A stretch of 63,569 bases of DNA, counting the filler, from Chrysochromulina tobinii (lineage: Eukaryota), in assembly GCA_001275005.1 (NCBI GenBank). It is 7 parts of 7 records of this genome, joined end to end, with 100 filler letters (N's around TTAATTAATTAA, not from the genome) between each part and the next. Parts side by side here need not be neighbours in the genome. Positions count along the whole stretch, not along the records: positions 20,653 to 42,177 come from JWZX01001029.1; 6 more parts are not named here. One strand, 5' to 3'. Under the pieces are notes generated by a model. The model searched no databases. It saw nothing but the letters and a program-made list of their open reading frames with translations, and had not been told where the DNA came from. The position numbers and the translations under genes are program-made. Positions 21,928 through 30,906 of the stretch are shown here, one piece after another (position 1 is the first letter of the stretch; every line of letters begins with the position of its first letter).

Positions 21928-23450
21928 TGGCAGAAGAGGCACTCGGGAGTGTGGACGGTGGAGCAGGTGTCTCTAGTCTCGTCTCTCGCTGCACTACTAC
22001 CTGGCCAGCCAGTTGCGATCCTCTTCGACGCCCTCTTGGTGCGCGAGATGGCGCTGGCTGTGCCCGCCAAGATCTCGGGCTAGGAGTCGTGATCGATATT
22101 GCGCGCGTGGGGGCGAGCACGGGCGGCACATGTACGTGCCGTGCCGCGTAGCGTTAGCCTAGCGTGGGTGTGTGCGCTCGCGGCCTCCCCGGGCGGCCTC
22201 ACCGAGGGGCTGTCGTGTGTACCAGACGCGCTGGGTCCGACCCGCGGCCGCGCACGACCGTGCAGGGGCGTACACAGACAGAGCATCACAGACCGCGGAC
22301 CAGAGAGGCGAGTGGAGAGGGGTGCATCTATAGTTCATCCGTTCGGGTACGGTCCTCTGGGCAACGGGGTCGAGTCCCCGTCCGGCTCCGGGTCCGCGAG
22401 AGGCGAGTGATGAGTCCCACCGGGTACCACGCCAGACGCCACCAGGACGCGGCCGCAGTGAGCAGCGTGTCGGGCAGTCCTCAGCCTCGATCGGAGGGTG
22501 CAAACCGAACTACGACGGGCCGGGTGAACCGCGGTGCGTCCCGGATCGGGCGGACCCGCGGGGCGCCAGCGCGGCGCCGTCCGGGACCGCCCCGGCGCGG
22601 GCGGCATATTTTCTCGACATATTTTCTCGACATATTTCTCGCTTTCAAGGCTCCTTATTCCGCGCCGCTCACAGATCTCCGCCTCCGTCGCCCGGCCTAA
22701 TATCGGCCCGCCCGGCCTTGCCCGGCCGGGGCGCGGAACCCGCGCCCGCCCGCGGTGCCCCCCGCTGTACGACCGTTCATGCACCGGTAACGTTTGTAAT
22801 ATGGTGCGCGCCGGTCTCTCAACGTCAACCGGCCCGGTCCGCGCGCGCCGGCCGGTCCGCGGTCGTCGGCTCGCCCTGAAAAACCTAAAACGCCCTCGGC
22901 CCCGCGCCCGGGTCGCGGGTCGCGCGTGCACCCTGCACGGTCGCCTCCGCGCAATATTCACGCGGACGAAAATCCAACGCACAGACACACCCTTGGTCAC
23001 GCAGGACATACACATGGCCCGCCTGGATCACATTGTGGAGTGCTCAACCTCGACAGATCCCCGTTAACGTCCCGTCAGGGTCATAGCCGCTCGGACCGTC
23101 AACTGGGCAACTGGCAACCGACAGCGACGGGCGTATTCAATCGCGATCCCTCGAGGATCCGATCTCCCTCGAAGAGTCGATCTCGGCTGACGACGACGGC
23201 TCGAGAAAGTGCGCCGACGAGCCTCACGATCGCTCGCCTCTGTCGGAGCGAGCCCTGGCTGATGTGGGGGGAGCAAGCGCAGTACACCCCTCTCTGTGGC
23301 TGTGGCGTGCAAGCAGGCTGCGGAGCGAAGAAGGTTCGGGCGAAAGTGGCGTAGGCGCCGTCCGGCCACCTCGGAGGAGGCAGGCCCAGCGGACGGAGCA
23401 GCCCTCAGAGCGGCCCTGTCTCTCCTCAGTGCGCCTCCACTATACCTGCA

Positions 23451-24381
23451 CTATTCGTCCACCCCGAGCAGCGCGAGCAGCGCGAAGAGGCAGAAGAGGG
23501 CCCCACCTACAAGGAGAACAGTTCGCTCTTTGATGGAGCTCGCGAGCAGCTTGCCGCCGATGACGGCAATGCCGGTGCAGAGCGCGTGCCCGATGCACGC
23601 GCCGAGCGTCACCCCGAAGGGCTCCCGAGCAGCAGCCTGCTCACACGTGCACACACAGAAGCCAGGGAGAGCTGAGGCAGGGAGATGCACACGCAAAGCA
23701 CGCTCCGGGAGTGCGGGTGGGCGGGCGGCGTGGGCGGGAGTGCGCGGAAGCACGCGCCGGCGGGCGCACCAACGCGATGGTAGCAATCTGGGAGCGGTCG
23801 CCCCACTCCGCCAGGAACGTGAGCGTGAACGCCTGCATCAGCACCTTATTCGGTGTCTCCTGGTCCTTCTTGCTGTCCTGTTTGTCGGGAACTGACTCCT
23901 CGTCGGCGGGCGTGTCCTCCTCCTTCTTGGTGAGCTCGCGCTCAACTTCCTCGAGCTCGTCCGAGGCGCCCGAATGGTCTATGCTGAGCCCGCTGCGCAG
24001 CATCTTGATGCCGAAGAAGAGGAAGAGGCCAGCAGCGGCGTACTGCGTGTACGTGCGTGAGATCAGGAGCGGCGCCACGTGGCCGACGAGAGTCGAGAGT
24101 ACCGTCATGACCACAAGCGCTCCGACGGCGCCCGTCCAGATGATCAGGCGTGAGTGGCGCATCGCCATAATCGCGGCGATGAAAAACGTACGGTCACCGA
24201 TCTCAGTTGCCAGGATAACTGCAAAGGCTTCGCCGAATGCCCTTGAGAAGGCCGCGAACGAGAAGTTAGACAATGAGTTGTCGGAGGGCTTCTCTGCCGA
24301 CTCGGACGCCTCCTGGGCATGCGCACTTCCCAGCAACACGAGCAGTGCGATCAGAGGCACCGCCGAAGTGCATACCAGCAT
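23451..24381 (-). CDS. GDT1/TMEM165 (UPF0016) Ca2+/Mn2+ transporter (intron 23637-23769)
   Basis: Both signature motifs EIGDRT and EWGDRS; acidic central loop; signal peptide. Confidence 0.93.
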
Positions 24382-25019
24382 TGCTACAAAATGACGTGGA
24401 TTCACACACGACGCATGCCCAAAACAACGCGCCACCCAACCCAAGGCATGGCCGCAATCACATTGACGGAGGGGTGCCCTCAAGGGTCCAATTCTGCTCG
24501 CGACGACATACACAGACGTGCACGAACGAATGAAGGAGATCCGACTTTCCTAATCAAGTTAAATCAAGAGTTCCTATACGCGTAACCGGTCGTCGTGAAG
24601 TCAAGTCAAGAAGTCAAAATAATCTAACGGACCGACTAACGGTGACGGGTGACGGATGAGCAGAGGCGCGTCCGTTTGTCTCGTCCATACTCCATTATGT
24701 TTTCCTTTCGTCCATGCTTACATATGCTATACCGCCTTTTACGGGCCCCTGTACCTGAACTAAGTAGCCTACCGAAAGTCATCACACCTAGGCAGAATTC
24801 ACCGCAAATGTCCCCCCTATCCGCTATCGTCCGCCCCGGCCCGCGCCCCCCAAACTCCTCTTTGGGAGACGAGGCACGAGCACCACTGCCGGCGACCCCT
24901 CTTCCCCAACCCTCTATCCGCTCTGTCACCCCCCAAGCCCCCATAGCTCTCCATAGTTCTATGCGCCTGCTCCTATCGAGCTCCTCACATCAGGAGCGGC
25001 GGCTCGCCGGCTTCGTCAA

Positions 25020-26894
25020 TTACATCAGGAGCGGCGGCTCGCCGGCTTCGTCAAAGGCCCAATCATCGGGCCGGAAGAGGCGCGGCTGTTGCCTAGCGAG
25101 CGCCGCCCGCATGTCCGCCACGACAAACACGGAGCCGCAGCAAAGCACAGTGCCGCCGTTAGCATGTGTGACGAGAGCGCGCGCCGCTGCCTCGAGAGCC
25201 TCGAGCATCGAAGCTGCCGCAACCCATCGGTCGAGGCTTTCCGCGCCCAACACCGTGGCCTCAACGGCCGCGCCCACCTCGGCGAGCACCTGCGCGTGGC
25301 ACTCACAGGCCATCAGGGGCAATCAGAGGTCACCAGGGGCAATAAGGGGCCATCAGTGGCCATCAGAGGCCATCAGAGGCCATCTGGGGCCATCAGAGGC
25401 CATCAGGGGCCATCAGAGGCAATCAGTGGCCATCATCGGAGGCCATTCACGACGAGCACCTGCGAGGTGGGTACAGCCTTTGGGTGGCTCGACTGCACGG
25501 CGATGGCCTGGCAGAGGCGGGGCGCAGCCCCGATGAGCTCGACGATCTTACGCACATCCTTGTCGAAATTGGCGCCAAAGATCACCACGAGCGGCTCGGG
25601 GCCATAAGCGTCGCTCACGGATCGAAGCAAGGCCTCGACAGCTGGCTCGTTGTGACCCACATCAAGCACTAGGCGCTGCGCCGGCAGCAGCGGCGTCGGG
25701 CAGAGAACCTCGAAGCGCGCCGGCCAGAGCGCCGTGTCGCGCGCCGTGCGCCATGCGTCGGGCTTACGTGGCAGGTGCCCCGCTGCAGCGAGCGCTTCCA
25801 TCAACCGGAACGCCATCGCCACATTGTGCTGCTGATGCGATGGGCGGAGCCAAGCGGGCAGGCGCGCCGCGTCGGCTGGGTCGGCCACGCACTCGACTAG
25901 TGATGTGCCCACCTTGGCCGCCGCCGCTTGCAGCACCTCGAGAGCCTCGGGCTGCTGCGGCACGCAAAAGGCAGGTACGCCGCCCTTGATGATGCCCGCC
26001 TTCTCGCCCGCGATGAGCCTCACGGTGCCGCCGAGCACGTTCATGTGGTCGAGTCCTGCGCACGTGGTCGGGGTCGCGGGCGGAGACGGGGTGAGGCAGT
26101 GCAGCGCATCGAGCGTCTCAGGTCTGTGGCTGCGGGTGGCCCTCTGTAGAAACCTTCCGAGAGATGTCCTCCATGAGGTATCGGATCTACTGTCATCGTG
26201 TTGTTCGTCCTCGGACCAGACACGCGCGGGCGCGCGCGCGTTCGGGCGCTGGGCGCACACCGATGCGGGTCACGCCACATACAAGCGGCGAGCAGTGGTT
26301 GGTGCAGTCCCAGCGGCCACCCAGGCCGGTCTCAAGCACAGCCCACTCGACGCCCGCGTTCCGAAAGCACACGAGGGCGAGGGCCGTCAGCTTCTCGAAC
26401 GGGGAGGCGTAGCCGAGGGCCTCGACGGCCGGCCGGACGATGCGCATCGCGTCGACGATCGCTTGCTTGCTGACGAGCGCGCCGTTGATGCGGATGCGCT
26501 CGCGGAAGCTGTGAAGATGCGGGCTCGTGTACAGGCCGACAGACACGCCACTCGATCGGAGCATCTGCTCGCAGAGCGCCGACGTGGTGCCCTTGCCATT
26601 GGTGCCTGCAATGTGGACGCATTTGAGCGCGCGGAACGGCTGGTCGATGCTGACGAGCAGTCGCTGAAAGCGATCCCAATTCTCCTGCGGATTTTGGTAC
26701 CGCTTAGCCAGGCCGTTGTAGTCAGCGTTGGCAAACGTATACCGGACGGCCTCAGCGTACTCCGCGTCCGTGATGAGCAACTTTGAGATCGCAAGGATTG
26801 GATTGCCTGGCCGTGTGCGCAAGACTTCAAGCACGGCCGCTTCGATAGCTCGATGGACGCCGTGGCGCGCGACGTAGTCCTTGCACGCCGACAT
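25020..26894 (-). CDS. folC: Folylpolyglutamate synthase / dihydrofolate synthase with N-terminal Dpy-30-like extension (introns 26056-26260, 25290-25459)
   Basis: HIAGTNGKGTT, YTSPHL..FRERIRING, ETGLGGRWDCTN, IGLDH..LG...IAGEKAGIIK, WPARFE, LDVGHN, CGSVFVV. Confidence 0.93.
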
Positions 26895-27599
26895 GACACG
26901 TGCCCTCCTCGTAAAAGCCTTAAAAAGCGATCGCCGATTGTAAGGTTCGTCAAACCGTTACTAATCAATCTACACTGGAATAATGACATCCAAAATCGCC
27001 TTCTATACGGGTGGAACGCTAATAATTCGATGAGGAGCACCCGCCCCACAACCAGGAGCACCCTGAGACTCCAGCAGAGAGCAGGGACCAGCACCAGGGT
27101 AGGGTAGTAGTGCGCGGCGTAGAGAGTCGTTCAGTTAACACTTACTCTTACAGTTTCACACACATCACACTGACGCAAGTGATCAAGTAGAACTCAAAGA
27201 AGGCTCAAGGGACTCGCACACTTCGCGATTGCGCGCAGGACGACGAGAGCACGGGCCGGGCTCGCGAACGGCCGCGCCCGCGGCGGGGCGCGTCTGCGAC
27301 CCACCGCCGACACCGGCCCGCGACGCAACACACACGCATCACACACGCACACACGTCACAGTATACCTCACAGAACAGATCATACCTCGATATTACATCG
27401 CACAACATCGCACGTCGTCAGAATTGTGTACCGGCTCTCACGCACAGATCGTTCACCACACCACAAGACCATCCCATATCTCACCTCCGGTCGCAGCACC
27501 ACATGCATCACGGCTCCGCTCAGATAGGCTGAAGACATGCGAGTACAGATTGCCCCCCAGACCTCTGCCCATCACGATGAGACTTTGCACCTCATCGAT

Positions 27600-27735
27600 C
27601 TACTGCTGCTGCTGCTGCTGCTGCTGGCGCTGGCGCTGCTGCTGGCGCTGGCGCTGCTGCTGGCGCTGCTACTGCTGCTCGTGCTGGCGCTGCTGCTCGT
27701 GCTGGCGCCGCCGCTGGTGCCGCCACCGCCGCCGC
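27600..27735. repeat. CTG/CTGGCG-rich simple repeat
   Basis: Direct inspection. Confidence 0.8.
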
Positions 27736-27971
27736 CGCGAGACCCTCAACACGACGCCTGCTGCGCGCGTCCCTCCCTCCGCCTCCCCCTTTAGGCTGCC
27801 GCCACTCGAGGCTCTCCAAAAAAGGGAAACCCTCGGCGCTGACGTGTGCGCCCCCGCAGACCCTTTCGGCACGCAGCATGCGGAGCCAACGGAACGACGC
27901 GGCAACGACAGGCGCGCAGCGGCTCGAGGGGCGGGCGCGGCGCCGCCCAGGCGCGCGCATCGCGTCGCAGA

Positions 27972-29282
27972 CTATACTGCCGTCCGGATGGCGAACGGCT
28001 CGGAGGCGCGTCGTCTCGAGCCGTCCTCGACGAGCTCGTCGTCATGCGAGGCCTCGTTGGGCGTCGTGGTGGGCACTACCGGCGCGTCGGGCTCGGCGTC
28101 GGGTGCGCCGCTGGGTGCGAGCAGCACGACGAGCTCCGACGCCGATGGGCGCGCATCCGGCTCGTGCTGCGTGCAAAGGACGAAAGAGTGTACGAGCGGC
28201 TCGTACTCCGAGGGCAGTGGCGGCAGTGGTGGGCGCGTGCCGAGCACGGCCCGGTACGCGTCCTGGCCCAGGGGCAGCATGGCGGCGTGCGGCACGTCGC
28301 CGCTGAGCATCTCCCAGAGCACGAGCCCGAAGGCGAAGATGTCCGTGCGGTCGCACACGCGCATCTTGCCATCGTCCTCGAGGGGCTCGCTATAGTCCAC
28401 ATCGGGGCGGGGGAGCGTCTCGGGCGGCCGCCACGGCTCGGTCCCCTCGTACTGCGAGCCCAGGTTTTGGAGCTCGCGCAGGTCGTGCGAGAGCGGAAGC
28501 GATACGCCCAGGTCGCAGATCTTGACGCTGCTCAGGTCGCGTGAGAGCAAGATGTTTGCACTCTTGATGTCCCCGTGCAGCAGCTGATGCTCCCTATGCA
28601 AGTAATCGAGGCCCGCCGCGACCTCGCGGCCGACGCTCCGGATCTCCTCGGGGCGCATGACGGCGCCCGCGCGTGCGGAGCGCGCGGGCGAGACGCAGCC
28701 GCCGTCCGGGCTCGCGCGCTCCTGGATCAGGCAATACAACGAGAGCTCGCACATTTCGAGCGCCAGGCAGATTTGGCCGTCGTGCACGCGCTGCGCCGCA
28801 CGGAAGCCGACAATGTTGGGATGTCGCATCTTGCTCAGCATGAGCGACTCGTGCTCGAGCGCGCGCTCGACGCGTCGGCGCTCGCGCACAAGCAGCGGCG
28901 ATATGTTGGCCTTCTTGATCACCCACGGCGAGCGTGGCTCGCCGCGCAGCGGCGAGCGGTCCATGCGGTAGACGCTGACGCCGGAGCCGCGCGCGACGCG
29001 CACGAGGCGATCGGAGGCTGGAACGAGGAGCGAATCGCGTCGCAGCTCGGCCGGGGGCGTGTGGTGCTCGTGCGCGTCCGCGGGCGTGCACAGGCACGCG
29101 CCATGAGCCGAGGCGGGCGTCGGTGGCTGGGCGGCGCCGTTGGGCATCACGGGCAGCAGCAGGCCGCGCGGGCCGAGCGAGCCGCCTCTTTTACGCACGC
29201 TCTTCTTCGACGGCGAGCCCGAGTGAGACGGCGTGGGCGGCGTTCGCATGGCCGGCGCGCTGTCGGCGATGGCGTCGCTCAT
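27972..29282 (-). CDS. PBK/TOPK-like Ser/Thr protein kinase
   Basis: GSGVSVYRMDRSP..SPWVIKK, HPNIVGFRA, LLHGDIKSANILL, ICDLGVSLPL, YEGTEPWRPPE, DIFAFGLVLWEM, AVLGTRPP. Confidence 0.85.
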   Translation of the reverse strand: MSDAIADSAPAMRTPPTPSHSGSPSKKSVRKRGGSLGPRGLLLPVMPNGAAQPPTPASAHGACLCTPADAHEHHTPPAELRRDSLLVPASDRLVRVARGSGVSVYRMDRSPLRGEPRSPWVIKKANISPLLVRERRRVERALEHESLMLSKMRHPNIVGFRAAQRVHDGQICLALEMCELSLYCLIQERASPDGGCVSPARSARAGAVMRPEEIRSVGREVAAGLDYLHREHQLLHGDIKSANILLSRDLSSVKICDLGVSLPLSHDLRELQNLGSQYEGTEPWRPPETLPRPDVDYSEPLEDDGKMRVCDRTDIFAFGLVLWEMLSGDVPHAAMLPLGQDAYRAVLGTRPPLPPLPSEYEPLVHSFVLCTQHEPDARPSASELVVLLAPSGAPDAEPDAPVVPTTTPNEASHDDELVEDGSRRRASEPFAIRTAV

Positions 29283-29442
29283 GGAATGGAAAGTCGGTGG
29301 GGAAGGGCGCGGTTCAACTGCGCAACCCTCGACGATCGGAGGCCAAATCGGGATTCCCCAAATTCTACTAGACCTTCTATTCTTGACCCCTTGTCCGAGG
29401 TCTGTACGTGTGTGCTCACTCGGCTGGTTTTTGCTGCCACAT

Positions 29443-30678
29443 CTATCCCTGCGCCTCGAGCAAGGCAGTGACCGCCAGCCACTCGCGATTCTGACCCCGA
29501 CGCGCGAGCGTGAGTGCTGTGGCCCCAAACTTGGTCGTGGCGTTCACGCTCGCGCCGCGTTCGACGAGCACCGTGGTGGCCGCCAGGTGACCCTCCCGCG
29601 CCCCAAAATGGAGAGGGGTCTCACCGAGGTTGGTCCGCAGGTCAACGGTGGCGCCGCGGCTCAGCAGGAGGGAGAGCACGTCGGCGTGCCCGGCGAGGGC
29701 GGCGGCATGGCTCGCAGCGGCGCCGTCAACGTCGGCGGCGTCCACGTCGGAGACGAAGCAATCGAGCAGCTGCGTGAGCTCCGCGAGGTGAGATTGCTCA
29801 GCGGCGGGGAGCAGTCGTGACGCGACATGCAACGCCCACGATCGTGCCGCGCAAGCGCGCCGCTCCTCGGGCGCCATCGGCGTGACCCTCTCGAGAAATG
29901 AGATGACGGCACCCCACTCGGTGAGTCGATCCTCCACCTGGCACGGGCAGTCGCGCAGCCTGTGCTGCGCGTTGCTCAGCGGCGTGAAGCCGTCCCTATC
30001 CCGTGCGTGCACATCGGCCCGACGGCTCACGAGCAGCTTCGTGGACGCGAGCCGCCCGTTGAAGGCGGCCACGTGGAGCGGGGTCACCCCGATGCGAGTG
30101 CGCGTGTGCACCTCGGCGCCACGGGCGAGGAGCAGAGCAAGAGTCTCCGGGGACTCGCTCTGGGCGGCGCCGTGAACCGGCAGCCAGCCGGTGCAGATGG
30201 TGCCCGCCAGCTTGGCATTGGCCAGCGTAAGGGTCGCGCCACGCTCGAGCAGCAGGGCACACGCCGCATGTTGCCCCTCGACAGCTGCCAGGTGGAGCGC
30301 GCTCTCCCCGTCGTGGAGAGCGTCCGGGTCGCATGAAGGTTTGCACCCGGACGGACCCAGCAATCGCATGAGGGTGCGAAGGTCGCCGGACTTGGCCGCC
30401 TCGTGCAGCGGCGGCAGCACGTCGAGCACGGGTACGTTGATAGAAGTGATGCCGAAGACGACGCGCGGCACCGGCGGCGGCGCCGGCGGCAGCGGCGGCG
30501 CCGGCGGCAGCGGCGGCGCTTGCAGCATCGTCTCGAGAGGCACGGTGCCGAGTGTAGCCGACGTACTGGGCACCGCATCCGCCACCGCCACCGGAACAGC
30601 GTAGTTCACCCTACCTGCCGGCTCCGAGAGGCGGCTTTGGCGGCGCAAGCGCAAACACGTGAGCAATCGCAGACTCAA
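29443..30678 (-). CDS. Ankyrin-repeat protein (start uncertain, probably ATG 30528)
   Basis: Multiple G-x-T/S-PLH-x-AA repeats (GESALHLAA, GVTPLHVAA, GETPLHFGA). Confidence 0.88.
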   Translation of the reverse strand: MSLRLLTCLRLRRQSRLSEPAGRVNYAVPVAVADAVPSTSATLGTVPLETMLQAPPLPPAPPLPPAPPPVPRVVFGITSINVPVLDVLPPLHEAAKSGDLRTLMRLLGPSGCKPSCDPDALHDGESALHLAAVEGQHAACALLLERGATLTLANAKLAGTICTGWLPVHGAAQSESPETLALLLARGAEVHTRTRIGVTPLHVAAFNGRLASTKLLVSRRADVHARDRDGFTPLSNAQHRLRDCPCQVEDRLTEWGAVISFLERVTPMAPEERRACAARSWALHVASRLLPAAEQSHLAELTQLLDCFVSDVDAADVDGAAASHAAALAGHADVLSLLLSRGATVDLRTNLGETPLHFGAREGHLAATTVLVERGASVNATTKFGATALTLARRGQNREWLAVTALLEAQG

Positions 30679-30906
30679 CCACGACGTGTCGCGGCAATTC
30701 TCGGGCGTGGTCGTGATGAGAGCACGAGCGTGGAAGACGAGACGGGATGGTTGTCATATCCTAGTCGACGCAAGTTTCAGTGGACGCAAGTTTCTGACTA
30801 AACTGAGTCCAAAAACATCAACAACTGTTCTAAGGGCCAGACGGCGTCCCCTCGCCTGAGCGAAGCCAGGTCCTCATGCCAAGCATGCTCTTCGCGCTCG
30901 TGATGT

